This document shows, one piece after another, positions 9,638-19,860 of a stretch of 64,000 bases of DNA; the stretch's first letter is position 1, and each line of letters opens with the position of its first letter. Under the pieces are notes generated by a model, which ran no database searches, was not told the origin of the DNA, and saw nothing but the letters and a program-made list of their open reading frames with translations. Source of the DNA: Candidatus Zhuqueibacterota bacterium (lineage in GTDB: Bacteria; Zhuqueibacterota; Zhuqueibacteria; Thermofontimicrobiales; Thermofontimicrobiaceae); the NCBI GenBank assembly GCA_049322915.1, contig JBMOPW010000034.1, positions 351,670-415,669 of the forward strand. The letters run 5' to 3'. The translations under genes and the position numbers were made by a program.

Positions 9638-10807
9638 CTATAAATTTGTCCAGATTATAGTCACAGATACTAACATGGTGATTGAATTTTTCATTCGGGT
9701 CACAAAAATATTTTCGGCCAGCTTCTCGCTCCAGTTTGTGATTCCATAGTCCGCGCCGAGATCGATCTGAATGTTGTCGGTCTGAATCCCGAACCCGCCA
9801 GTCACCGACCAGGTATGAATTTGCAGATTTTTGCCATCGCGAGTGGGGTGAGGAATTCGGGCTAATCCCCATCGCAGCGGCGCCTGAATTTTGCCGTAGC
9901 GAATGCGGTATTCGAGGCCGGTTCGCAGAATGTGCGAATTCTCCCAGTCGATCCAATCCTCTCCGCTGCAGGCCGTTTCATCTATAATTTGAATGGTTTC
10001 AGTGGCCTCATTTTCCGCCCGTGAATTGCTGAAAAAACGCACCTCATAATCGGCCGCAAGGAGCACATCCTCTCCCAGGCGATAAGCGAATCCGAGGCCG
10101 AACATCGCCGGCATGGTGATTCGGATCGTACTATCGGGTTGGCTGATCTTCAAATCAAACGGCGTGCGGAATAATGCGCCGAAGGAGAAATCGTTCCGGT
10201 GCATCTGCAATCCCAGCGTGACATTGAAACCGTCATAGATGTGCTTAAAATCCTGAGTGACGCCATCGCGATAGCGATATTTTCCCTGATAAAAATTGAA
10301 ACTCAGTCCGCCGGCAATGTTATTTTTCCAGGCAAATGCCAGCGCCGGGGCCAACACATCAACGCCGCCAGAGGATACCGGCTGAAATGCGTTTTCCGGA
10401 TTGGCTTCAGTCGAATAGAAATCCAGCGCCTTGTAAAATCCGAAACCAACAGCAGCGCGACCGATTTTCAGTGGAATCGGGCTGGCAAAGCCAAAAAAAT
10501 TGAGCGTTGCGTGCTGGTCATTCTCCGCGGGAAAAACGAGCGACGAATCGTTTTCAGTGAACTGCCGGTGATTCATCAACGCGGACAAGGAAATGCGGGA
10601 CATATCTTTCAACTGCGTGAGACCGGCCGGATTCCAGAAAATGGCATGCTCGTCGTTCACAAAAGCGATCTGACTGTTGCCCATGGCTTTCGCCCGAGCT
10701 CCCACTCCGATGAAATTGAAATCTGCCTCGCTGTAATTGACCTGAGCCGATACATTGAGAGTGAACATCAACAGAAGAAAAAATACGAATCGATTGGAAT
10801 TGGACAT
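9638..10807 (-). CDS. Outer-membrane beta-barrel, FadL/PorV(UPF0164)-like
   Basis: Signal peptide; GVGARAKAMG and AIFWNPAGL motifs; amphipathic beta strands. Confidence 0.8.
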   Translation of the reverse strand: MSNSNRFVFFLLLMFTLNVSAQVNYSEADFNFIGVGARAKAMGNSQIAFVNDEHAIFWNPAGLTQLKDMSRISLSALMNHRQFTENDSSLVFPAENDQHATLNFFGFASPIPLKIGRAAVGFGFYKALDFYSTEANPENAFQPVSSGGVDVLAPALAFAWKNNIAGGLSFNFYQGKYRYRDGVTQDFKHIYDGFNVTLGLQMHRNDFSFGALFRTPFDLKISQPDSTIRITMPAMFGLGFAYRLGEDVLLAADYEVRFFSNSRAENEATETIQIIDETACSGEDWIDWENSHILRTGLEYRIRYGKIQAPLRWGLARIPHPTRDGKNLQIHTWSVTGGFGIQTDNIQIDLGADYGITNWSEKLAENIFVTRMKNSITMLVSVTIIWTNL

Positions 10808-11067
10808 AACGTTTTCATTTAAACAAGGTACATGGTAATTTCAGAGGGCATGAGGCGCCTGATTTTTGAGCTGAAAAACCAGACGCCCGCTGCTTCAATG
10901 TGTTGTAAGATTCCCGGACGTCCGCATCGGTTTTGAAAGTGCACAAGCAAGACGGCGCGCCGTAAGATTTGTCACAGTCAGTTTGGATGACTGGCAATGA
11001 AGGCGATTATTTCAACAATGCATCGCCATTTTTCTGTGGACTCCTCCGACGTGATCGCCCAGGTAAC

Positions 11068-11101
11068 AAAAAAGCGAAGCATGAAATCTGCTCCGCTTTT
11101 T
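11068..11101 (-). terminator. Intrinsic terminator (possibly bidirectional) after the 11120-12247 barrel gene
   Basis: AAAAAGCGGAGCA-loop-TGCTTCGCTTTTTT on the minus strand. Confidence 0.7.
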
Positions 11102-11119
11102 CATTCAAATCAGTTGCAA

Positions 11120-12247
11120 TTAATTTCCAAAATGGAAGACACCTGCGATGATGAACCGCAGATAATTGTCATTGTATTCGTAGGTGTCCGTGATGGCATC
11201 GATTTCATAGGAGTAAACATTGTATTCAACGCCCAAATCGAGATTGATGCTGCCCATGATCAGTCCTATACCTGCGGTCAGATTTGCGCCGACAATCTGA
11301 TCGTCGTTCTCATCTTTGAATAGCGTCGGGGTGGTTGCAAATCCCAGGCGCAACGGCAATACTGTATTGCCGCTCATGTACAAATACTCAGCACCAAGGC
11401 GCACCTGATTGATATCTTCCCAGCCCATCTCCATGGATTCGCCGGTCTCCTCATCTTCGATCTCCGATTCGGAATATTTGCGCATTTCATAATCCCCGGC
11501 TATCGTCAGTTTTTCCGTCGCGGCGAAGGCCAGACCAAAGCCCAGCATCTGCGGCATTTTGATAGTGGATTTAAAACCGCCATCAGCGTTTTCTTCAGTC
11601 AGGTCGAACGGGGTTTTGAAAACAACTCCCAGACGCACTTTGTTGAAATCGAACAAACCGCCAATATTGAAATTGGTGCCGCTGAAATTGAATTCATTTT
11701 CGACATCTTCGTAGAAACCAGTTTTATCTTCCTCGGTGTAATTCGTCGTGCCGGTGAAGATATTGACTGAAGCGCCCAGCGAAATTGCCGGCGTCAACTG
11801 AACGCCCACGGATGGCGTAATGGCATTCACACCGCCGGTTCGTTCCATGAAGTAATCGTCGCCATCGTAATAGTCGTACAGATCGATGACGCGCTGATAA
11901 GCCAGCGCCGCCACCAGATTCCGCTCACCCACAGACAACGGGAACGCTGCGCTGATGAAGTTCAGATAAAAATGGGAGCTATTATAGGGATCCGTGTCGA
12001 AGTCAGGGATGTCCGAGGAAATGCTATAACTTTCGAACACGCCCACCACAGACGCCTCGGGCCTGTCCAGACGAACCAGACCAGCCGGGTTCCACGACGC
12101 CGCTGTGGCGTCATCAGCTACACCGATAAAAGCGCCGCCCATACCGCGGGCGCGCGCGCCGGCGCCGATGAAGTTAAAATCCTGAGCCAGTACAAATTGA
12201 GTTAACGTGAATAAGATTACAATTGTCACAACCAGTTTGAATTTCAT
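11120..12247 (-). CDS. Outer-membrane beta-barrel, FadL/PorV-like (paralog of 9638-10807)
   Basis: Signal peptide MKFKLVV...; FNFIGAGARARGMGGAF, ADDATAASWNPAGL; near-terminal aromatic strand (GVFHFGN); start at 12247 after AGGAG. Confidence 0.85.
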   Translation of the reverse strand: MKFKLVVTIVILFTLTQFVLAQDFNFIGAGARARGMGGAFIGVADDATAASWNPAGLVRLDRPEASVVGVFESYSISSDIPDFDTDPYNSSHFYLNFISAAFPLSVGERNLVAALAYQRVIDLYDYYDGDDYFMERTGGVNAITPSVGVQLTPAISLGASVNIFTGTTNYTEEDKTGFYEDVENEFNFSGTNFNIGGLFDFNKVRLGVVFKTPFDLTEENADGGFKSTIKMPQMLGFGLAFAATEKLTIAGDYEMRKYSESEIEDEETGESMEMGWEDINQVRLGAEYLYMSGNTVLPLRLGFATTPTLFKDENDDQIVGANLTAGIGLIMGSINLDLGVEYNVYSYEIDAITDTYEYNDNYLRFIIAGVFHFGN

Positions 12248-12293
12248 GTTGCATCTCCTTATTTTGGTGAATTGAAAAGTGTGATATGACAAA

Positions 12294-13457
12294 TTATTTT
12301 GTAACGACTTTGTTGCCAATTTCAAACAATCCGGCGGAAGCGCCAATTACCCTGCCGATCGAATACGCCGAATAAACCTGATTCAATTTGACTTCTGCCA
12401 ACTCTTGTGTTTCTTTACCCAATATCTTTTTTGTTATGGGATGAACGATCTCCTCGCCCTCGCGATAGATAATGCACTTCATGCCTTTTTTAATCCCCTG
12501 GTTTATGCCGATGTCGAGCGTCAGATTTTCCCCATTCACCGCAATCACGTACCCTTCAACGAGCGGCAGGTCCAGGCTGATTTTGGACGCCAACCGTCCC
12601 ACCATATCTTTCAATTCCTGAATGGTGATGCTGGCGCTCAATTCATCCTGGGCAGTGATAATTTCGGCGGTCTCCGTATCGATGAGCCGGGCGCTGATCT
12701 GAATATTCCTTCCGGCGCGGGTCACGGCGCCGAGGACGATGGCATCCACGCCGATCCCCTTTCCGATCTCCGCAGCGGTCGACGCGTCCAGCACACCGGT
12801 CATACCCAATTTCTGTTCCTCTAAAATTTTTTCCAGTTGGGTTCGCTCAAACAGTTTAAAACGATTGAGGTTGTAAAAGGTGGTCATCATCTGTTCGACG
12901 ACATTCACTTCGCCCAATTCATTGCTCATTCCGATGGATTGAAACGGCAGCACGGCCAGCGCCATTCGTTCGCCCACAAGTTTGATCCCCGAAGACGCGA
13001 CTTCCGCGGGCGGCTGAGAGTGCGGCATCTCAGTCGGTTTCACCGGTTCTTCAGCAGGCTGCTGCATCAATTTCGGATCCAGGGGTTCGCGATCCATCGG
13101 ATCGCTGCCTATCTTCGACAGGTATTCCTGAGCGCGGGCCGAGTATTCCTGTTTGAGCGAAATGCTCAAATCCAGGGCAGCGCGTTTGAACATGCCAAGA
13201 TTATAAAAACAGATACCCCGTTCGCGATGAGGAAAATATTCGATGAAGTGCATGCCATAGGTTTTGATTTGTTTTGTATCCCGCGGTTTGACTTTCAACG
13301 CTTCGTTGAAATTTTCTATCGCCCGGGCCCAGTTCCCCTGCGCCATATTCTTTACACCGTCATCGTAATAGTTATACCACTTACCCCCAGAATAGAGCGA
13401 TGACGTTACAGACAATAGCAGAATGAGAGCGGTCAGGCAACTCATGCAACGTTTCAT
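12294..13457 (-). CDS. Secreted TPR + CsgG/HfaB(FlgO)-like + FlgT C-terminal-like protein
   Basis: Signal peptide; TPR (YYDDGV...WARAIENFNEALKV; RERGICFYNLG); LAVLPF...FERTQLEKILEEQKLGMTG...GVDAIVLG...ISARLIDTETAEI; C-terminal LDIG...HPITKKILG. Confidence 0.8.
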   Translation of the reverse strand: MKRCMSCLTALILLLSVTSSLYSGGKWYNYYDDGVKNMAQGNWARAIENFNEALKVKPRDTKQIKTYGMHFIEYFPHRERGICFYNLGMFKRAALDLSISLKQEYSARAQEYLSKIGSDPMDREPLDPKLMQQPAEEPVKPTEMPHSQPPAEVASSGIKLVGERMALAVLPFQSIGMSNELGEVNVVEQMMTTFYNLNRFKLFERTQLEKILEEQKLGMTGVLDASTAAEIGKGIGVDAIVLGAVTRAGRNIQISARLIDTETAEIITAQDELSASITIQELKDMVGRLASKISLDLPLVEGYVIAVNGENLTLDIGINQGIKKGMKCIIYREGEEIVHPITKKILGKETQELAEVKLNQVYSAYSIGRVIGASAGLFEIGNKVVTK

Positions 13458-13507
13458 ATTCTTTTCCGATTTTTAATTTATAATTCTTTCAATTAATATG
13501 ACTTAAA

Positions 13508-13536
13508 AAGATATTAGAAAAAATATAAAAAGTCAA
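13508..13536 (-). promoter_or_regulatory. Putative sigma70-type promoter
   Basis: TTGACT-N17-TATCTT, ~50 nt upstream of the 13457 start. Confidence 0.6.
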
Positions 13537-13587
13537 GACAATTTTCTGAAAATAAAAGTGAAACTATTGCCCGAAATATTATGGAGT

Positions 13588-14112
13588 TTATTCGGAGTCG
13601 TAGGCGATGAGCGAAAACACCTGGTACTCTTTCAGTTTATCGCGGCCACGAAGGAACGTCAGCTCGATCAAAAAGCCGATTGCGACCACCCTGCCCTTGA
13701 GGCGTTCGATCAATTTTACCGTCGCGGCGACTGTGCCGCCGGTCGCAAGCAGGTCGTCGATGATGAGAACGCGCGCACCGCTTTGAATGGCGTCTACATG
13801 GATTTCCAGACTGTCTGTCCCGTATTCCAGATCATAGGTCTCTTTGATGGTAGCTGCCGGTAATTTGCCCGGTTTTCTCACCGGCACAAAGCCTTTGCCT
13901 AATTTGTAGGCCAGCGCCGCCGCAAAAATGAATCCCCGCGACTCTGTGCCCACGATGAGGTCAATCTCCTCCGCCTTCACGTGGACTGCCATCTGATTGA
14001 TACAATCCTGAAATGCAGAGCCGTCCTTCAACAACGTAGTGATGTCTTTGAACCCGATTCCCGGCTTGGGGAAATCCGGCACATTTCGAATTTTTTGTTC
14101 AAGTCCCTTCAT
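13588..14112 (-). CDS. apt: Adenine phosphoribosyltransferase
   Basis: VPDFPKPGIGFKDITTLL, ESRGFIF, VRKPGKLP, YDLEYG, PRPP motif IIDDLLATGGT; start moved to the ATG at 14112 (AGGAG SD). Confidence 0.97.
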   Translation of the reverse strand: MKGLEQKIRNVPDFPKPGIGFKDITTLLKDGSAFQDCINQMAVHVKAEEIDLIVGTESRGFIFAAALAYKLGKGFVPVRKPGKLPAATIKETYDLEYGTDSLEIHVDAIQSGARVLIIDDLLATGGTVAATVKLIERLKGRVVAIGFLIELTFLRGRDKLKEYQVFSLIAYDSE

Positions 14113-14309
14113 CCGCTTTCTCCTCTGATAATCGTATGGAAGTTCAAATACCAGCCGGGTCGGGGCTTTTCCCGGCGTGAAAAACACTGGTGCGAACATC
14201 GCCCCAAAATATAATCGGACGCTTGGAAATTCTGTGTGTCCTGCAACAATCTCAGCTTTGATGATCCGCCCATTCGTTGCTCCACACTCCGGTGGCAAGT
14301 CTGCCCGAT

Positions 14310-14585
14310 TCAAAATCGGATTTGAAAATCGCGGTATTTGCCCTGACAGTCGCTCCAGTCAAGGACGACATGATCGACGCGGGAAATCCGATTCCCCAAT
14401 TTGAGCTGGGCAATGAACGCCTCGATGATCTCCCGCTCCCCTTCAACTTCGGTTTCCACATCGCCATCCGGGCGATTTTTCACGTAGCCATGCAGCCCGA
14501 ATTTCCTGACTTCGGTCTCGACGAACCAGCGAAATCCAACTCCCTGCACTCTCCCTTTCACGATGATATGGCAACACGAATTCAT
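14310..14585 (-). CDS. acyP: Acylphosphatase
   Basis: GRVQGVGFR, GYVKNRPDGDVE. Confidence 0.95.
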   Translation of the reverse strand: MNSCCHIIVKGRVQGVGFRWFVETEVRKFGLHGYVKNRPDGDVETEVEGEREIIEAFIAQLKLGNRISRVDHVVLDWSDCQGKYRDFQIRF

Positions 14586-14621
14586 TCTTTTTCCTGCAAA
14601 TGGAAAAGGTGATACTCCACA

Positions 14622-16073
14622 TTAGCGCGTATGAAATTCAATAACCTTCTCGATCGATTTCTGACACACCGGGCAGAATTCAACCAGGCTTTTGGAGAAC
14701 ATGCGACAGTCAAGGTACGGCCGATACAGCCCCTCGGAGGCATACCCGGAGCCTTCGAACGCGCCGACTTTGCCGGCATATTTTTGATTGGCGTAAACCT
14801 CGTCCCGCTGCTGCAGAATTTGCTGATACTTCTGCCGATAGTCACCAGCCGATCGATCGATTGTTTGCAGCGCCAGCGTCAGCGAGTCATATTTGGCTTT
14901 GTTCCACGGCGTGGGAATTGGCGTGTCCGCATCCATCATGTGCCCCCATTTGATCTGGCCGTCTTTGATGATGCCCACATTGGGTTCCCAGGGATCCACA
15001 CCCAACGGATAAAATTCGTTGTAAGCCACAGAGGAATTGTAGTATTCGTCGCCCAGGCCGCCAAAGGCATGCCCGAACTCATGGACGAACACGTAATCCG
15101 GCCACCAGCCGCTTTTCTCGCCTTCATCGCGGGCATAGCAGGTGGAGTATAAATTGTAGATTCCGCCGCCTCCGTATTGATTGGAATTGACGATGAAATA
15201 GATCTGGTCGTATGGCGCCAGTGAGGCAATGTCGCGAATGGCTTTGTTCTCTAAGGTCAGGACGTAACGCGCCAGATCGAACGAATTGAAGGAGCAGCCG
15301 AATGACGTCCGGCGCCAGAGATTTTGCAGCGGTTCATCGATGCCGGAATCCAACGAGGGCGCTTCAATCATCCAGACATTGAATGCTTCCCTGTTTTCTT
15401 TGAAAGGCGTGGCGTTGAACAGCGTCTCGGTGAACTTGCTCACGTCCTTTTCAAGCAATTTCATGTCGTCTTTACTGTAGCCATCCCCCAAAATCAGCAG
15501 ATCGACTTTCGTATGCGGATCGCCGGATTTCTGAATAGCCCGCACATTCAACGATGGGCAATGGCGCTCGCGGTTCACGAAGCGTGAGCCGGGATCGATT
15601 GTTGTTGAAAATACATCCTTGAAGACATTTTCTTTATCGCGCGTCGCGATGATTACTTTCACCGGCTTTTTAGGAAATGGGAACAGCACTGTCTCGTGGA
15701 ATGTGCGGTAAATGCCTTTGGCGGCTTCGTCCGTGGTCTGCCATTCGCCGAAGACGCTGGAATAGCCGCGCGAGAAAATGAGGGTATTACTTTCTGCGTC
15801 AAATACCCTGACCAGGTGTTTGCCCAGGTTCAATGTGTCAATCAGATTCACCTTGTTCCCGGCCCACATCTGGCGGGAGAATGATGGAAGCGCCGGCTCT
15901 TCGTACACATTGTCGAGACTGATGATTTCGACATCCTTAATCCCGGTGTGATAATAATCCATCCGCATGGTTTTATCAAGAAAATATGCATCAAATTCAA
16001 CGGCAGAGGAAGGCAGGTACGTCAGCAGCAGCAAGGAAATCAACATGAAAGAAACGTAACTCCGATGATTCAT
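14622..16073 (-). CDS. Secreted M64-family (IgA peptidase-like) metallopeptidase
   Basis: Signal peptide; N-terminal TMRMDYYHTG; LGDGYS, YGGGGIYN, zinc motif HEFGHAFGGLGDEY, C-terminal CRM...FCPVC; start 16073 after AAGGAG. Confidence 0.9.
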   Translation of the reverse strand: MNHRSYVSFMLISLLLLTYLPSSAVEFDAYFLDKTMRMDYYHTGIKDVEIISLDNVYEEPALPSFSRQMWAGNKVNLIDTLNLGKHLVRVFDAESNTLIFSRGYSSVFGEWQTTDEAAKGIYRTFHETVLFPFPKKPVKVIIATRDKENVFKDVFSTTIDPGSRFVNRERHCPSLNVRAIQKSGDPHTKVDLLILGDGYSKDDMKLLEKDVSKFTETLFNATPFKENREAFNVWMIEAPSLDSGIDEPLQNLWRRTSFGCSFNSFDLARYVLTLENKAIRDIASLAPYDQIYFIVNSNQYGGGGIYNLYSTCYARDEGEKSGWWPDYVFVHEFGHAFGGLGDEYYNSSVAYNEFYPLGVDPWEPNVGIIKDGQIKWGHMMDADTPIPTPWNKAKYDSLTLALQTIDRSAGDYRQKYQQILQQRDEVYANQKYAGKVGAFEGSGYASEGLYRPYLDCRMFSKSLVEFCPVCQKSIEKVIEFHTR

Positions 16074-16348
16074 GGCAATGCTCCTTTTAAATTGATGGTG
16101 GTTTTTGGATCGCGATAATATAATCGAATATTTTGTCTTATGCAAGAGTAGATTTATTTGAACATCATAAAAATTGAAGATGATGACGGTGACTTTTTGG
16201 TAAAATTCAGGAAAGTGCGACATTCGTCAGCCGCGACTTTTTCCCTGACGCTACGAAATATCCCTTGACTTTATTAGAAATAATTGATTATATTTGGTAC
16301 TTTCGAAGCGAACAACTCATTGTAAACAAGAGGAGTACTGAAGGAAAT

Positions 16349-19021
16349 ATGTCTGAGTCAGGTATAGCCAAAGTCTACGACCCCAGCAATGTCGAAGCCC
16401 GATGGTACAAACATTGGATTGAGAAACAATATTTTCATGCTGAAGTGAATCCGACAAAAAAACCCTATTCCATCGTGATACCTCCGCCCAATGTGACGGA
16501 CATGCTTCACATGGGCCACGCCTACAACAACACTATTCAGGATATTTTCATCCGCTATCACCGAATGGCCGGCTACGAAGCCATGTGGCTGCCCGGCACG
16601 GATCATGCCGGTATTGCCACGCAGAATGTTGTTGAGCGCAATCTGAAAAAAGAGAATAACCTGACCCGCCATGATCTCGGCCGTGAGGAATTTGTCAATC
16701 GGGTGTGGCAGTGGAAAGAGAAATACGGCAATGTGATCATCGAGCAGTTGAAAAAGCTGGGCTGCTCGTGCGACTGGGACCGGGAGCGGTTCACCATGGA
16801 CGAAAATTTGTCCCGAACCGTGATCGAAGTGTTCTGTCTACTTTACGAGCGAGGACTTATCTATCGCGGGAAATACATCATCAACTGGTGTCCCCGTTGC
16901 AGCACAGCCCTTTCCGATGAGGAAGCGATTCACGAAGATGAAACAGGCAAGCTCTGGTACATCAAATATCCCATTAAAGATAGCAAGAAATTCATCACTG
17001 TGGCAACCACGCGACCGGAGACCATGCTGGGTGACACGGCGATCGCTGTGAATCCCAATGACACGCGTTACAAAAAACTGATCGATAAAACTGCGATCCT
17101 GCCAATTCTGGATCGGGAAATCCCAATCATTGCCGATGACATGGTCGATTCAAAGTTCGGCACCGGGGCCGTGAAAGTGACGCCGGCGCACGATCCCAAT
17201 GACTTCGAAACCGGCCAGCGCCATTTACTGGATCAAATCACTGTAATGGACGAAGACGGCACGATGAACGAGAAAGCCGGCAAGTACAGAGGCTTCGATC
17301 GTTTCAAATGCCGCGAGGCTCTGGTACGTGAGCTGAAAACGCTGGGACTGCTGGAGAAAATCGAAAATCATCACCATGCAGTGGCCCATTGTCAGCGCTG
17401 CAACACCGTGATTGAACCCTATCTGTCCACGCAATGGTTTGTCAAAGTGAAACCTCTGGCTGAACCGGCGCTGCGAGTGGTGCAGGAAGGAAAAATCCAA
17501 TTTCATCCGGATAAATGGGTGAAGGTCTATGCCAACTGGATGGAAAATGTGCGCGATTGGTGCATCTCCCGGCAACTGTGGTGGGGCCATCGCATCCCGG
17601 TGTATTATTGCCGCGATTGCGACCATTTCATGGTTCGGCGCACCGCGCCGGCGACCTGCGAAAAATGCGGCAGCAGCGACATTTACCAGGATGAAGATGT
17701 GCTGGATACCTGGTTTTCCTCGTGGCTCTGGCCATTCTCCACCCTGGGCTGGCCGGACGAGACGCCGGATCTGAAATATTTCTATCCCACAACCACACTG
17801 GTCACCGCGCCGGATATCATCTTTTTCTGGGTGGCGCGGATGATAATGTCCGGGCTGGAATTCAAAAATGAAGTGCCTTTCTCCCACGTCTTTTTCAATG
17901 GACTGATTCGCGATTCACAAGGCCGGAAAATGAGTAAAAGTTTGGGCAACGGCATCGACCCGCTTAAAATGGTTGATATGTACAGCGCCGACGCTGTCCG
18001 TTTTTCGCTGCTGATGCTCACTTCCGAAGGACAGGACATCAACCTGGCCGAGACCAGTTTCGAAATCGGTCGGAATTTTTCCAATAAACTCTGGAATTCA
18101 TTCCGTTTCCTGGCGCTCAGCTTTGAGAACGAGGATGTCGCCGCGCTCATTCAGAGCGATCAATTCAAGGAGCATCGCGATGCACTGCAATTGGCCGACC
18201 GCTGGATATTGAGCCGGCTTCATAAAACCATCGCGAATGTCACGACATCGCTGAATGACTTTCATCTCAATGACGCCATCAACGACCTGTATGCCTTCTT
18301 CTGGCGCGAATACTGCGATTGGTACCTGGAACTGATCAAGCCGCGATTGTACGGCGAAGACGCCCAGGCCAGGAAAACGGCTCTGTCCGTGGCTATTTAC
18401 GTGATGCGAAATATCATGAAGCTGCTCCATCCAACTATCCCGTTCATCACGGAGGAAATTTGGCAGCAGATAAAATTGAGCCATGAGCCGGATCTGATCG
18501 TCGCAGATTGGCCAATGTCGGACGCTGCCTACATGGACGATAGTGCAGAAGCCGAGATGGTGATTGTGCAACACGTCATTGGCGCCATTCGAAATATCCG
18601 CGGCGAAATGAACGTGCCGCCCAATAAAAAGGCTCAGGTCCTCATCCGCAGCAGCAATCATAACCACACCGATGTGGTGAAGCAGAACGAAGAATCGCTG
18701 ATTGCCCTGGCGAAGCTGGATTCGGTGCAGACAGGAAATGGACTAACGCGGCCTACATTATCGGCCAGTTCTGTCGTGCTCGATATGGAAATTTTTATGC
18801 CGCTCGCAGGACTCATCGATGTCGATGTCGAGCGCAAGCGGCTCACGAAGGAGATCACCCGACTTGAAAAACAGATCGAAGGGATCAACTCCAAACTGAT
18901 GAACAAGGATTTCATCGGCAGGGCGCCCAAAGAGGTGATCGATAAAGAGCGCCAGAAAAGCACGGATTTTCAGACCAGTCTCAATAAAGTGAAACTGAAT
19001 CTGAAAAGCTTTGAAGACTGA
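16349..19021 (+). CDS. valS: Valine--tRNA ligase
   Basis: PPPNVT..LHMGH, DHAGIATQ, ATTRPETMLGD, DWCISRQLWWGH, KMSKS, C-terminal coiled-coil arm; upstream TTGACT-N18-TATATT at 16265-16294. Confidence 0.98.
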   Translation: MSESGIAKVYDPSNVEARWYKHWIEKQYFHAEVNPTKKPYSIVIPPPNVTDMLHMGHAYNNTIQDIFIRYHRMAGYEAMWLPGTDHAGIATQNVVERNLKKENNLTRHDLGREEFVNRVWQWKEKYGNVIIEQLKKLGCSCDWDRERFTMDENLSRTVIEVFCLLYERGLIYRGKYIINWCPRCSTALSDEEAIHEDETGKLWYIKYPIKDSKKFITVATTRPETMLGDTAIAVNPNDTRYKKLIDKTAILPILDREIPIIADDMVDSKFGTGAVKVTPAHDPNDFETGQRHLLDQITVMDEDGTMNEKAGKYRGFDRFKCREALVRELKTLGLLEKIENHHHAVAHCQRCNTVIEPYLSTQWFVKVKPLAEPALRVVQEGKIQFHPDKWVKVYANWMENVRDWCISRQLWWGHRIPVYYCRDCDHFMVRRTAPATCEKCGSSDIYQDEDVLDTWFSSWLWPFSTLGWPDETPDLKYFYPTTTLVTAPDIIFFWVARMIMSGLEFKNEVPFSHVFFNGLIRDSQGRKMSKSLGNGIDPLKMVDMYSADAVRFSLLMLTSEGQDINLAETSFEIGRNFSNKLWNSFRFLALSFENEDVAALIQSDQFKEHRDALQLADRWILSRLHKTIANVTTSLNDFHLNDAINDLYAFFWREYCDWYLELIKPRLYGEDAQARKTALSVAIYVMRNIMKLLHPTIPFITEEIWQQIKLSHEPDLIVADWPMSDAAYMDDSAEAEMVIVQHVIGAIRNIRGEMNVPPNKKAQVLIRSSNHNHTDVVKQNEESLIALAKLDSVQTGNGLTRPTLSASSVVLDMEIFMPLAGLIDVDVERKRLTKEITRLEKQIEGINSKLMNKDFIGRAPKEVIDKERQKSTDFQTSLNKVKLNLKSFED

Positions 19022-19027
19022 ACATGG

Positions 19028-19064
19028 AAATGACCATCTTTTTATAGATGGTCATTTGTCTTTT
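19028..19064 (+). terminator. Intrinsic terminator-like hairpin after valS
   Basis: AAATGACCATCT / AGATGGTCATTT perfect stem followed by GTCTTTT. Confidence 0.65.
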
Positions 19065-19204
19065 ACCTGAATTTCGAATTCGAAATTATCGATTCTGAAA
19101 AGCTGAAGTTGGTTTTAACAATGAAATTGAATTTCACAGAATAAGAATGAGTCCACTCTAATCAGCGATTTTTAAGATTGAATTTATTTGACGTTACATC
19201 TTAT

Positions 19205-19700
19205 GAAATAGAACGCGGATAACACAGATGACACGGATTTTCGCTGATTTTTTGCCTTGATCTGTAATGTAAATTCAAATAAATTTTGGCGGTCAAAAAT
19301 GGATAAATTATTGTAATGAGATTGAAAACCGAGTAATTCACATTTCATATAGCAACCGTTTTTTAAATCAGTTAAAATTGAAAGCTTAAAAACTGGGATT
19401 AAAACCAAACTGCCAAAATTTCTTTTACCTTTTGGGGTTAGCTTATATTAAACATGCTTGTTCATAACTTAACTCTTTGTTAATCAGCGTTATCCCCGCT
19501 TAGCGGGATCATCGTCGTTCTATGAAATAGTCAAATGAACAACGCTTGAAAAATCCCTGTCCAATAAGGGGCTGAAGCCCAACAATCATCGTTGAATTTC
19601 TGTTCCCCGACTTAAACGTCGGAGCGATTCAAGGTGTTTAACTTTTTCAGTGAATTGCCACGTCATGTATGATGTGGATCAAAGACGTTTAGGGCTTTTT
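19205..19700. repeat. Cluster of degenerate REP/MITE-like palindromes
   Basis: ATAGAACGCGGAT...CGCTGATT (19208-19249) is inverted relative to AATCAGCG...CGTTCTAT (19482-19523); hairpins CCCGCTTAGCGGG, GGGCTGAAGCCC, CCGACTTAAACGTCGG. Confidence 0.6.
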
Positions 19701-19757
19701 AGAGTCGACCCGGGAATGAAAATGAGATTGAAATCTTCAATTAACTTCGTGCCCGGG

Positions 19758-19792
19758 GACTTCGAGGCAAGAATACATGCCTGAATAGCTAC
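19758..19792 (+). repeat. 35-nt dispersed repeat, copy 1
   Basis: GACTTCGAGGCAAGAATACATGCCTGAATAGCTAC; 32/35 identical to 24021-24055. Confidence 0.85.
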
Positions 19793-19860
19793 GAAAAATC
19801 ATTTTAGAATTATACAGGTTTTATTCAAATTGGTGAAATGACAAACATGGAGGTGTTGCC

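Noticed and set aside
14113..14313. 67-aa N-terminal extension of Apt given by the ORF track
   Set aside because: TTG start without SD; Apt similarity begins at the ATG at 14112, which has an AGGAG SD
16074..16348. N-terminal extensions of the M64 peptidase and ValS
   Set aside because: The region contains divergent promoter motifs; the downstream ATGs have SD sequences and match expected protein starts
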